Shown piece after piece: positions 27,488 through 36,354 of a DNA stretch of 41,191 nt. Positions within the stretch are counted from its first letter, which is position 1. Every line of letters begins with the position of its first letter. The notes below the pieces were generated by a model that had not been told where the DNA came from, did no database searches, and was given only the letters and a program-made list of their open reading frames with translations. Where the stretch lies: the IMG/VR virus record IMGVR_UViG_3300049139_000224, positions 1 to 41,191 of that record; one strand, 5' to 3'. The translations under genes were made by a program, and so were the position numbers. The stretch comes from a virus (taxonomy: Duplodnaviria; Caudoviricetes).

Positions 27488-28426
27488 TCAGGAGCCGGAC
27501 TCGATCAGCTCCAGGACCGCGAACCCGGCCTCGTGACCCGGCGCGAAACCGCGGCGAGCGCGCATCTTGAGCTTGGCTTCGTCGGTCATGAAGCCCACGC
27601 CCGTGTCAGCGCCCGCGACGGCCCACTCAGGTCCGCTCCTGTCGCCGACCTTGAGAAGCTGGCGGTTGCACACGATGAGCAACGGGTTGCCGGCCGGGGA
27701 GGAGGTCGCGGTGGCGGAGGTACGCGCACCGAGGGAGAAGCGCATGGTGTGCTCGAAGAGCCGCGACGGGGTGGGCTGGTCGCCGCCTTGCCCGGACACG
27801 AACACGGGCCTTCCCTGGGTGTCCTTGATGCCGCGCAGCACCCGCTTGAAACGCGGGTGGCCGATGACCAGGGCGTCGTTGTCGTCCCAGTAGTCGCTGC
27901 TCTCCACCAGGGCCAGGAAATCCGAGAGGTCGTCGTAGCCGACCGTGGCGGTGGACATGTAGTTGGCGTCGGCGGTGTAGGACGTGGCCGCGTTCGACGT
28001 GCGGATGGCCTTGTACACGCTGGTGTAGGGGACGGCCTGGAAGGTCGGGGCCCCCGCCGCGGCGGTGGTGCCCAGGCACGCGTTGTCGAAGTACTTAGCC
28101 CACGAGGTCGCCCAGTCGACGCGCTTGGTCTCCAAGATGTCCAGGTGGGAGTCCTGGACGTCCTCGTCCGCCACCGAGATGGCCTTACCGCTCTTGCGGG
28201 CGGTCAGCAGCACCTCGTCGTTCTCGGAGGTGTCTTCGGTGTAGGCGCCGCCCTTGGCCACACCCTCGACCTCCATGCCCGCGGAGCGGGGCACGTGGCG
28301 GGTCTCGTGGGCCATCGGGTAGTGGCGGCCGTAGGCCTCCACGGCGGACATCTGTTGGACGCGCTGGATGACGTTGGAGTCGAACTCCTCGGGGATCCAG
28401 CCGCCACTGAACTCTGCGGTAGCCAT
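27488..28426 (-). CDS. Major capsid protein (HK97 fold, 312 aa), ends in ...ESGS
   Basis: GGWIPEEF..; EVLLTARK; LRGIKDTQGRPVF; RARRGF..GFAVL; follows the scaffold gene. Confidence 0.92.
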   Translation of the reverse strand: MATAEFSGGWIPEEFDSNVIQRVQQMSAVEAYGRHYPMAHETRHVPRSAGMEVEGVAKGGAYTEDTSENDEVLLTARKSGKAISVADEDVQDSHLDILETKRVDWATSWAKYFDNACLGTTAAAGAPTFQAVPYTSVYKAIRTSNAATSYTADANYMSTATVGYDDLSDFLALVESSDYWDDNDALVIGHPRFKRVLRGIKDTQGRPVFVSGQGGDQPTPSRLFEHTMRFSLGARTSATATSSPAGNPLLIVCNRQLLKVGDRSGPEWAVAGADTGVGFMTDEAKLKMRARRGFAPGHEAGFAVLELIESGS

Positions 28427-28430
28427 GCGA

Positions 28431-28511
28431 ATGGCCCTCTCGTGTGGATGGGGTCATGCGGTCAGCGACCCGTCCGGGCCAGTCACCGGCTCTCCCATCC
28501 GAGAGGGCCAT
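28431..28511 (-). promoter_or_regulatory. Structured 5' leader of the capsid gene with the RBS in a 12-bp stem
   Basis: ATGGCCCTCTCG (28431-28442) pairs with CGAGAGGGCCAT (28500-28511); GATGGG pairs with CCCATC; two inner hairpins. Confidence 0.6.
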
Positions 28512-28515
28512 GCAC

Positions 28516-28559
28516 TACACACTGTAAACCCACAGCGCTACGTTTTACACTCTGTCCAC
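28516..28559. promoter_or_regulatory. Two candidate operator sites 30 bp apart upstream of the capsid gene
   Basis: TACA-CAC-TGTAAA (28516-28528) and TACA-CTC-TGTCCAC (28546-28559). Confidence 0.45.
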
Positions 28560-28561
28560 AG

Positions 28562-29248
28562 TTAGGCTGGCTTGCCCTGGAGCATGCGCATCGCCCGCTC
28601 CTCCGCGGACAGCTTCTTCTTCGCGGCGGGCTTGTCGGCACCGTCGGCGACCTTGGCCGTCACCCGCGGCTTCTTCACGGGCTGCTCGGCGGCGTTGCCG
28701 GGGAACAGCATCGGGTACTTCTCCTTGGCGGCGAGCACCTGGGCGTCCACCCCGGTGACGTTGCCGTTCTCGTCGACCTCGACGTCCTCCACTCGGATAA
28801 AGTCGGCGATCATCTGATCGACGGTGTCCTTCGGGGCGCCGGCGTCCAGGAGTTCGGCGCGGGCGGTGGTGCGCACGACCAGCGGCTTGTACTTGGACTC
28901 GATCTCCGCGGTGGCGGCCTCGCGGGCCTCGCGCTGCACGCGCTCGCTTTCGCCTTCGTTGGCGCGCTTGAGCTCGGCCAGCTCCTGCTCCTTCTCGCGG
29001 AGCTTCTTCTTGGCGTCCTGGCGTTCGGTGATGACCTTGGTCAGCTCGCGCCGGTCGACCAGCTCGGGCTTCTTGGCCTTGGCCGCGACCTTGCCCTCCT
29101 CCTTCTCCTCTTTGGTGCCCTCCTCCTCGGTGGTCTCCTCGGTCTCCTCGGCGGCGGCCGCGGTCACCTCCTGGCCCTCCTCGGTGGTGGTCTCCTCCTC
29201 GGTCTCGTCGGTGACCTCGGTGGTCTCTTCGGTCTCGGCCTTGCTCAT
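28562..29248 (-). CDS. Capsid scaffolding protein (228 aa)
   Basis: Acidic N-terminus, coiled coil, KEKYPMLF motif; immediately upstream of the capsid gene. Confidence 0.85.
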   Translation of the reverse strand: MSKAETEETTEVTDETEEETTTEEGQEVTAAAAEETEETTEEEGTKEEKEEGKVAAKAKKPELVDRRELTKVITERQDAKKKLREKEQELAELKRANEGESERVQREAREAATAEIESKYKPLVVRTTARAELLDAGAPKDTVDQMIADFIRVEDVEVDENGNVTGVDAQVLAAKEKYPMLFPGNAAEQPVKKPRVTAKVADGADKPAAKKKLSAEERAMRMLQGKPA

Positions 29249-29299
29249 GGGTCCCCCTGTGTGATCGGTGATGGGTGAAGATGGTGGTCGGGCCTGGTG

Positions 29300-30196
29300 C
29301 TACACGGGCACCTCCCGACCCAGCGGGAACTCCCCTGCGGCCAGGGCGCGCAGCGCGTAGCGGCGCACGGTGATCGGCATGTCCAGCTCGGAGGAGGCCA
29401 GCAGCCGCTCGGCCGCGCGCAGCCGGGCCGCCTCCGACTCGCTGGGCAGCGACCACCCGCGCAGGATGGAGCGTTGGGCCTCGCGGCGCAGCGCGGCCGC
29501 CGCGTCCTCAGACGCCACACCCCCGTACCAAGGGGCGGTGCGGCACCGGCACCGCGGGTGGCGGGGCGGGCGCCCGGCGAACCCGCCCCAGGCGATGGGC
29601 CGGTCCCCCCAGGTGCGGGCACCGTCGAACTGTCCGCCGATGTCGATGACCTGCCCCGTCAGCGCCGTGCACCCCAGGCACCCGTTGCGCTCGGACACCC
29701 ACATCAGCCCGGGGGCGCCCGTTGCCCGGGCCACGTAGTCCGCGCCGGCGCTGGCGGCCTGGTTGACGGCGGTGGCGGCTTGGGCCTGCAGGGCGATGTG
29801 GGCCTGGCGGATCGCCTCGCGCGGGTCCCACCCCTGCTCGGCGATGCGGTTGACGGCCACATCCAGGGTGATGTGCGTCTGGACCTCGGGTGAGACGGCC
29901 CGCCCCAGGAGCTGCCGCAGGATCCGTGCGGGGGTGCGCGGTGACGGCGGCCGCCGGTCCGAGAGCAGACGGGCCGCCTCGGCTGCCAGCGCCACCCCCA
30001 CACCGATGGCCGCGGCGGCGGCCTCGCGGATCACGGCCAGGACCGGCTCGGCCAGCGACCGCAGCGCCTGGACGGTGTACCCGAGCGCGGCGGTCGCGGC
30101 CTGGACAGCGGTGTCCACACCAGCGGAGGCGTACACCTCCCACTGGATGAGGGCTCCCGCCGCGGCGGCGTCGATGAGCTGGTCAGCCAGAGGCAC
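29300..30196 (-). CDS. MuF-like minor capsid / head morphogenesis protein (start uncertain, 30196-30214)
   Basis: WVSERNGCLGC..G..PPRHPRCRC; lies between portal and scaffold. Confidence 0.8.
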   Translation of the reverse strand: MPLADQLIDAAAAGALIQWEVYASAGVDTAVQAATAALGYTVQALRSLAEPVLAVIREAAAAAIGVGVALAAEAARLLSDRRPPSPRTPARILRQLLGRAVSPEVQTHITLDVAVNRIAEQGWDPREAIRQAHIALQAQAATAVNQAASAGADYVARATGAPGLMWVSERNGCLGCTALTGQVIDIGGQFDGARTWGDRPIAWGGFAGRPPRHPRCRCRTAPWYGGVASEDAAAALRREAQRSILRGWSLPSESEAARLRAAERLLASSELDMPITVRRYALRALAAGEFPLGREVPV

Positions 30197-30416
30197 CGGC
30201 GCCACCCCCCGCACGGCGCTGCACGGCGGCGCGCACCTCGCGCTCGATCTCGGCGAAGCTGACCTCGCGCAGGGGCCGGCCCGCGGCTGCGGTGCGCACG
30301 CCCTCCTTCACGGCCTCGCGGGACTCCACACGGGTCAGGCCGCAGGAGTCGAGCACGGGGCGCAGCCGGTGTGCGGACCAGCGGGCCCGGATCATCAGGA
30401 TGATCATGTGCAGCAT
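30183..30416 (-). CDS. Small hypothetical protein (77 aa)
   Basis: GGAGG RBS; TGATG coupling to the portal stop. Confidence 0.5.
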   Translation of the reverse strand: MLHMIILMIRARWSAHRLRPVLDSCGLTRVESREAVKEGVRTAAAGRPLREVSFAEIEREVRAAVQRRAGGGAGASG

Positions 30417-32116
30417 CAGCGCCTCCCCTGCAGCAGGTCGATCTGGCGCTTCCACTTGCCCGTGGGCTCCCAGTCGGCGCCACGCACCCGCGCCACCAGG
30501 TCGAGCAGGGGCCGGGTGTCGCCGGTGTCCCGGTAGGTGTCCAGGGCCGGGTGCATCCCGTCGCGCAGCTCGGCGAACTGCTCAGGCCTGGCGTCCGGGG
30601 TGGGCGGCGGGAACGCGAACCCGGACAGGTCCATGCCGGGCCCGTCGGGGTTGTCGACCGTGTACCCCCAGGAGGTGACCTCGGAGTCGGTGTAGCCCGC
30701 TTCCAACAGGGTCTGACGGACCGGCACACCGGCCTCCTGCTGGGCGCGGACGGCCTCCCACCCCTCCTTGCCGGCGACGACCTGGGAGGGCATCCACCGC
30801 ACGGTCACGATTGCGTCGATGTCCAGCAGCTTCAGCGCGAACTGGCCGGCCTCGCGCCACGTCGCGGCGAAGCTGCGCTGCCTCGCGTTGATCTTCGCCA
30901 GGAGCGGCTCCTTGTCCTGGCGCTGGGACTCCCCTGACGCCCGGGTGGACACCCCGCCCTGGGTGAGACGGAAGTGGGAGATGGGGGTTCTCGTGGTAGC
31001 GCCCATGAAGTCCTGGACCAGGCCGATGGGCTTGAGGAACTGGTCGACGTCAGCCGACTCGAACTGGCCCACGGACTTCAGGAAGCGCAGCAGCCACATC
31101 CGCCCGGACCCGGCGATCACCTGGGAGTTGGCCTGCTCGGGGGAGACGTCCTCATCACCCAGGTCGTCGCCGTCATCGGTGGTCGCGGTGGGGTCCACGA
31201 GCCCGTACCGCTGCGGGAACGCCGCGAAGTCGCTGGTGGACATCATGTTGCGGATGAGCTTGGTGAGCATGTCCTGGGACCCGTAGGCAGGCCTGTGCTC
31301 CGGGCGTCCGTAGGGCCTCGAAGTCCTGAAATGGAAGAAGGGCAGGCCCTCGAACACCCAGGGAAAGACGATGACGCCATCGGCGTCGGTGTGCTCGTCG
31401 ACGTAGGGCTCGAACTCTGAGGCCTTGTTCCCCTTCTTGCGCTTCGCGGAGATGAGCTTGCGCATGTGGCCCGGGGTGCCCGGGTAGTACAAGTTGACGC
31501 GGATGCGCTCGTCCTTGCCGGTGCCCTCACTCCACTGCTTGATGACCAGCCGCTTCTTGCGGGGGTTCTCCGACTCGTACAGGATGCGCACCGACTGCGG
31601 CGAGTTGTAGAACGCGTCGAGCCCTACGACCCTGCCGTCCTCCATCTGCGGCCACACGAACAGGTATGCGTCGCCCTGCGCGACGCCCTTCTCGTGGATC
31701 TCAGGGGCCTCGATGTCCAATTCGTTGTGGTGCCAGAACACCTCGTTGAGCACCCTGGTGGCCTCACCCTCCCGCCCGCCGTCGTCGGCGTTGGGGCCCT
31801 CCTCCCCCGCTTCGGTGTCCTCGGCCTCCTCCTCGGAGGGCGGGGCGGGCGCGGCGGTGAGCGAGCCGATCTCCAGGCGCTCGGTGACAGCCGTGACCGC
31901 CGCGGAGGCGAGGTTGACCTGGAAGTCGTTGGTGGAGCCCTTGAACAGCCACCGGGTGATCGGCGAGAGGAACTTCTCGGACTCGGTGCCCCCGTAGTAG
32001 CGTTCGGCCTTCTCGTACTCCGGTTGGGCGTCGCCGAGTTCGGTCAGGGCGTCGGCGAGGTCGGCCTCCCAGTCCGGCTCCACGATCGTCGGCGCCTCGG
32101 CGACGGTCTCGGTCAT
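30416..32116 (-). CDS. Portal protein (SPP1 gp6-like, 566 aa)
   Basis: GGAGG RBS before ATG 32116; ERYYGG..VNLA..VTERLEI; YGRPEH..QD..AFPQRY; ASGES. Confidence 0.9.
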   Translation of the reverse strand: MTETVAEAPTIVEPDWEADLADALTELGDAQPEYEKAERYYGGTESEKFLSPITRWLFKGSTNDFQVNLASAAVTAVTERLEIGSLTAAPAPPSEEEAEDTEAGEEGPNADDGGREGEATRVLNEVFWHHNELDIEAPEIHEKGVAQGDAYLFVWPQMEDGRVVGLDAFYNSPQSVRILYESENPRKKRLVIKQWSEGTGKDERIRVNLYYPGTPGHMRKLISAKRKKGNKASEFEPYVDEHTDADGVIVFPWVFEGLPFFHFRTSRPYGRPEHRPAYGSQDMLTKLIRNMMSTSDFAAFPQRYGLVDPTATTDDGDDLGDEDVSPEQANSQVIAGSGRMWLLRFLKSVGQFESADVDQFLKPIGLVQDFMGATTRTPISHFRLTQGGVSTRASGESQRQDKEPLLAKINARQRSFAATWREAGQFALKLLDIDAIVTVRWMPSQVVAGKEGWEAVRAQQEAGVPVRQTLLEAGYTDSEVTSWGYTVDNPDGPGMDLSGFAFPPPTPDARPEQFAELRDGMHPALDTYRDTGDTRPLLDLVARVRGADWEPTGKWKRQIDLLQGRR

Positions 32117-33333
32117 CGGAGGGCCTCCGTCCTGGTGATCTGGCGCAGGCTGCGCACGGCGCGCTGCTGGGCCTGGCCGGCGCGGTTGAGGTGGGCGGGG
32201 TCGCCGTTGGAGAGGTAGCCGGTCAGGTGGGCCATGGCCTGGGTGGTGGCCTGCTCGGAGTCGGCGGCCGCGGCCAGGAGCTGGTCGACCCCCAGGGCCA
32301 GGGACGTGGGGGGCTCGGGGGTGTAGCCGTAGCGGGCCCGGTCCGCGGTGAGGCTGGCGGCGATGGCGGCGAGGGCGATGTGCACCCAGTTGTCGGCCTC
32401 CACCGCGGTGTCGGGGATGCGTGCGCTGGAGGCGGTGTAGCGGCCGCGGCCGCTCTCGGGCCGGGTGGGTATGCCGCCGGGGCACTCCCAGTCCACCGAC
32501 CAGTGCGAGGTGCGGCGGCGTCCCCGCTTGCGCCCCCGCGTGACTCGCTCCAGCTGGAGCTCCACCGGGTGGTCGTCGCCGTGGGGCATGCGCAGCGTCG
32601 CCTGGACGGGGTCGCCGACCTGCTCGTAGGAGTAGCGGCGCTCCCCGAGGAGGATGTCGGCCAGGTTGTAGCGCACGGCCCCGTCGCGCCACCGTGGGGT
32701 GGTGGCGGACCAGCTGTCGCGGGGGGCCCACAGCTGCCAGTGCACGCGCCCGTCGTGGGCGTTGATACCGGTCACCTTGGACTCGTAGCCGGTCGGGTTC
32801 AACCGGCGCTGGAGCCAGGTGCCCAGGTACTCGGTGTGCAGGTACAGCCCGATCAAGCGGCCCAGGTGGGCGTGGGCAGCGAGAGTGTGGTCGCTGCCGG
32901 AGTTGCCGACCTTGACCTCGATGCTGGGGCCGGGGACGCCGGCGCCGATGACGAGCTGCCCGCCGAACGTCCACGTCGGCCGGGCGGGCCAGGCGCCGGG
33001 GCTGGTGTGCGGGGCGTCGTGGCGGAGCGGCTTGGTCGCGGTGATCCGCTCGTCCCAGGGGCGCTGACCGTCGAACGGCCCCGTGTACCTGGCGCCGATG
33101 TCCCAGCGTTCGGGGTCGAGTCGGCCCTGCGGGCATGGGCGGATGCCGCACCGGTCGCAGCACACCCATCGGGCAGCGTGCGTTCCGGGCGGGTTGGGGC
33201 CGTGGCCGTCCACCACGGGCCGGTGACCGAACACCCGGCAGGTCAGGATCGGGCGGGGCAGGTCGGAGACCCAGAACGAGCGGTTGACCAGGCCGCCCTC
33301 CCTGGCTCGGTGGTCGGTGGAATGGGCGTACAT
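32113..33333 (-). CDS. Hypothetical protein (406 aa) inserted between TerL and portal, with an N-terminal Zn-ribbon-like motif
   Basis: Coupled on both sides; LTCRVFGH...CCDRCG. Confidence 0.7.
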   Translation of the reverse strand: MYAHSTDHRAREGGLVNRSFWVSDLPRPILTCRVFGHRPVVDGHGPNPPGTHAARWVCCDRCGIRPCPQGRLDPERWDIGARYTGPFDGQRPWDERITATKPLRHDAPHTSPGAWPARPTWTFGGQLVIGAGVPGPSIEVKVGNSGSDHTLAAHAHLGRLIGLYLHTEYLGTWLQRRLNPTGYESKVTGINAHDGRVHWQLWAPRDSWSATTPRWRDGAVRYNLADILLGERRYSYEQVGDPVQATLRMPHGDDHPVELQLERVTRGRKRGRRRTSHWSVDWECPGGIPTRPESGRGRYTASSARIPDTAVEADNWVHIALAAIAASLTADRARYGYTPEPPTSLALGVDQLLAAAADSEQATTQAMAHLTGYLSNGDPAHLNRAGQAQQRAVRSLRQITRTEALR

Positions 33334-34811
33334 CAGCGGCTCCCCGCGTAGTCGACCGACTGCGCGCCGGCCTTCTTCTTGGTGGTGGACAGGGCGGCGT
33401 CGGCGAGGGCGATGGCGTCGATGACGTCGTCGTTGGTGACGGCCGGGTAGGCGTACATCTGTTCTTCGGCGTCGGGGATGTGGCGGTCGTGGACGCATCT
33501 GCCGAGCTGGTACCGGTTGAGCAGCCCAGCGAAGCGGACCTCCTTGGAGCGGGAGGTGTGGCGGAGCACGACACGCACGGGCAGGTCGCGCAGGGCGAGC
33601 TTCCACAAGTCCTTGCCCTGGTTGTCCTCGACCCGGATGACGCTGATCTGGGGAAACTCCTCCAAGATGCGGAGGATGAGGCGGCGCATCGGCTCGCCGT
33701 GGGCGACCTTGACCCCGCGGGCGTAGTGCACGACGGTGCGCTTGCCCGAGCGCGACACGACGGCGAACCCCGTGAAGTCCGAGGAGTCCTTGGACGTGAC
33801 CGCCGGGTCGATGGAGAGGATGGTGCGCTGGGTGACCAGGCCGGTGACGATCTGGATGTCGCCGTCGTCCCACCAGGTGCCGTCGCTGCTGCGGGGTTTG
33901 TTGAGGAAGTTCTTGGCGTAGCTGGTGGTGTGCTGGCGGGACTTGAGCCAGTCCAGGGGCCACTTCGCCGGCCACAGCGACCGCTCGCTGCCGTCCGGGT
34001 TGGTGAGGATGGGCAGGTAGTGGTGGACGCGGAAGCCCTCGTCGGTGATCCACTGCTGAGGGTTCTCGTGGTGGCGCACCAGCTGGTGGATGATCGACCC
34101 GACCCGCACCACCGTGCCGACGAGCACGACCCTCGCGTAGATGTTCATGGGCAGGATCGCGTCGGTGATGGTCTTGCGGCGCTTGGCGATGCCGGCCTCG
34201 GAGTAGCGGGCCTCGTCCGGCTCGACGTCATCGAGTAGGAGGAGGTCGGGGCGCATGTGGCCGACCTTGAGCCCGAGCACGCGGGAGTCGACGCCGCGGG
34301 CGGCGAACACGAACCCGTTCTGGGCCTGGTACATGTCCTGGCGGTCTGCGGAGGTGGCGCCGCGGCCGCGCACCAGCGGCTTGCACAGGTCCGGGTAGTC
34401 CGTCCTGAGCTTCTCGTTGGTCTCCAGTTCGTGGCGGAAGGTGGCCAGGTGCAGCTCAGCCTGGGTGCTGCTGTCGGCGAAGGCCGCGATGAAGCGCAGG
34501 TGGCCGTGCGCGGCGGCCCAGAGCGGCAGGAAGGTGAACAACCACGTGCTCTTCGCGGCATCACGCGGGGCGACGAACACGTCCCGCTCCGTGCCGGGCT
34601 CGGTGGGCGGCTCCATCCACGCCTTGGCCTTCTCGGCCAGGTCACGGTGGAACTCCGACAGGGTGATCTGACCGTTCGTGCGCATGTGGTGGGTCAAGTA
34701 CAACAACGCGAAGCGCAGCGGGTCGGACCGCGTGATCCGACGCCGGATCTCCGCGGCCGTGGCGGGGTCGCGCTCGGGGTGAGCGAGCAGGTCCCGGACC
34801 CTGGGGTGCAT
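33333..34811 (-). CDS. terL: Terminase large subunit (492 aa)
   Basis: Walker A-like VAPRDAAKST, Walker B LLLLDDVE, coupling motif VGT, nuclease SIDPA..SDFTG..DDVIDA. Confidence 0.92.
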   Translation of the reverse strand: MHPRVRDLLAHPERDPATAAEIRRRITRSDPLRFALLYLTHHMRTNGQITLSEFHRDLAEKAKAWMEPPTEPGTERDVFVAPRDAAKSTWLFTFLPLWAAAHGHLRFIAAFADSSTQAELHLATFRHELETNEKLRTDYPDLCKPLVRGRGATSADRQDMYQAQNGFVFAARGVDSRVLGLKVGHMRPDLLLLDDVEPDEARYSEAGIAKRRKTITDAILPMNIYARVVLVGTVVRVGSIIHQLVRHHENPQQWITDEGFRVHHYLPILTNPDGSERSLWPAKWPLDWLKSRQHTTSYAKNFLNKPRSSDGTWWDDGDIQIVTGLVTQRTILSIDPAVTSKDSSDFTGFAVVSRSGKRTVVHYARGVKVAHGEPMRRLILRILEEFPQISVIRVEDNQGKDLWKLALRDLPVRVVLRHTSRSKEVRFAGLLNRYQLGRCVHDRHIPDAEEQMYAYPAVTNDDVIDAIALADAALSTTKKKAGAQSVDYAGSR

Positions 34812-35818
34812 CAGTCGGTGCCCGCGGTCAGGTAGGCGACCAGGTCCGGGTTGTCGCGCAGCGCCGCCAGGAGGGGCCCGGACATCGAGGAGACGGTGCG
34901 CTCCTCCACGTCCGCCACCCCCGCCTTGGCGTCGGAGTCGGGGTTGACGCCGCACACCCGCAGGCACTGGTGCAGGATCTCGTGGAGGAGGGTCTCGGCC
35001 TGGTAGTCGGGGACGTTGTCCTCGCGCAGCACGATGCGCTGGCGGTGGTGCTCGCTGAACCCGGAGAGGGTGGTCTTCTCCTCGTTGCTGGTCTTGTCCA
35101 CCTCGGCGTCGGAAACGGTGACGGTGTAGGCCAGGTGGCCGATGCGCAGCCGGGCGGGGATGGTCGGCCGAGCGCGGGTGGTGGTGCGCACGCGAGCGCG
35201 GGCGGCCGCGTGTTGGGCGGCGAAGGCGGCGACGAGGTCGTCGGTCTGGGCGGCGGTCGGGCCGACGTGGACGGTGGTGTCACCGTTGGAGCGAGCACCG
35301 TAGTCCGGGACGACCTTGGACGAATCAGCGTCCTGTCTGGTGTTTCCGGGGATGCTTGTGGTGGATTGCTCCATGAGGGCTCCGTTTCTCTGGTGTTCCC
35401 ACGGGCGGGAATCACTGATTCGTTCGTTGACGAGTTCGAGCATGCGGCGGCGCCCGTGCTCGCAGTCCTGGTCGTGGTCCTGGGCCCGGCCGTCCTCGTG
35501 GGCGCGCAGGTTTGCCGCGCAGCACGCCACCCGGAAGTGTCGGCCGTGGCGGCGCCCGTAGAGGGTGGGGCCCAGCTCGGCCAACTCCTCCTCGGGGCGG
35601 CCCAGGAGGTCAGCGACCTCGGGCACCGAGTAGCGCCTGATCGCCTCGGGGACCGCCATGAACCGCATCAGGGCGTCACTGGGCTCGGTCTGGAGGGCGG
35701 TCTTGGCCCGAACGGCAGCCTCACGCTCCTGGGCGGCGCGCGCCGCGCTCCCGAACACGGGCAGGGGCCGGCACGGCAGCCGCACACCGAAGGGCGCGGC
35801 TGCGGGGTCAGTGCTCAT
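34811..35818 (-). CDS. Protein with a C-terminal HEXXH metallopeptidase-like domain; possible internal start at 35374
   Basis: ETLLHEILH..EERTV; TGATG coupling to terL; GGAG RBS before internal ATG 35374. Confidence 0.65.
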   Translation of the reverse strand: MSTDPAAAPFGVRLPCRPLPVFGSAARAAQEREAAVRAKTALQTEPSDALMRFMAVPEAIRRYSVPEVADLLGRPEEELAELGPTLYGRRHGRHFRVACCAANLRAHEDGRAQDHDQDCEHGRRRMLELVNERISDSRPWEHQRNGALMEQSTTSIPGNTRQDADSSKVVPDYGARSNGDTTVHVGPTAAQTDDLVAAFAAQHAAARARVRTTTRARPTIPARLRIGHLAYTVTVSDAEVDKTSNEEKTTLSGFSEHHRQRIVLREDNVPDYQAETLLHEILHQCLRVCGVNPDSDAKAGVADVEERTVSSMSGPLLAALRDNPDLVAYLTAGTD

Positions 35819-36338
35819 CACGGGCGCCTTCCGGGGCGGGGGTGACGTTGATGGCGTGGACGGTGTCGCCGTTGAAGACCACCACCGGGATGCCGCTGGG
35901 GATCGCCTCACGCAGGCCCCAGCACAGGCCCTCGACGATGTCCGGGTCCAGGCCCGCGACCGTGCGCACAGTGAGCAGGTCCCCGGGCCCGAGCATCTCG
36001 GCTCGGGCCAGGGCCTCCAGGGCGGGCCGGCGGATGGTCGAGGGGGTGTCCTCGGGCGCCCACGCCGGGTCGTAGTCGGGGTGTTCGGCCCAGATCGCGG
36101 CCACGTGCCGCACGGTCGGGCACGGGTAGGCGACCGCCGAGCAGGCGCCCATGACGGGCCACCCCCACCCGCCGATGACGCAGGTGGCGCAGTCGCCGTC
36201 GTTGGTGTCGGCGTGGGCGGCCACGACCGCGCGCAGAGCGGCGACGGCCCGCATCTCCTGCGGGGTCTGCGCGCTGGCGTGCCACCGCTCCAGCAGGGCC
36301 TGCACGAAGGCGTCGAGGGGTTCGGCGGTGCGGCTCAC
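35808..36338 (-). CDS. DUF6221-like protein with a C-terminal extension (176 aa)
   Basis: CATC..YPCPTVRHVAAIWAEHPDYDPAW. Confidence 0.6.
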   Translation of the reverse strand: MSRTAEPLDAFVQALLERWHASAQTPQEMRAVAALRAVVAAHADTNDGDCATCVIGGWGWPVMGACSAVAYPCPTVRHVAAIWAEHPDYDPAWAPEDTPSTIRRPALEALARAEMLGPGDLLTVRTVAGLDPDIVEGLCWGLREAIPSGIPVVVFNGDTVHAINVTPAPEGARDEH

Positions 36339-36354
36339 CGGGCACCCCCGGCGG

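Noticed and set aside
27443-29278. 611-aa plus-strand ORF
   Set aside because: Antisense to the capsid and scaffold genes
30416-33574. 1052-aa portal with a huge N-terminal extension
   Set aside because: The extension is Pro/Arg-rich off-frame translation over a better ORF; the real start is ATG 32116 with GGAGG
33333-34811. Intein or intron in terL
   Set aside because: Normal length, continuous motifs, and no splice-junction signature
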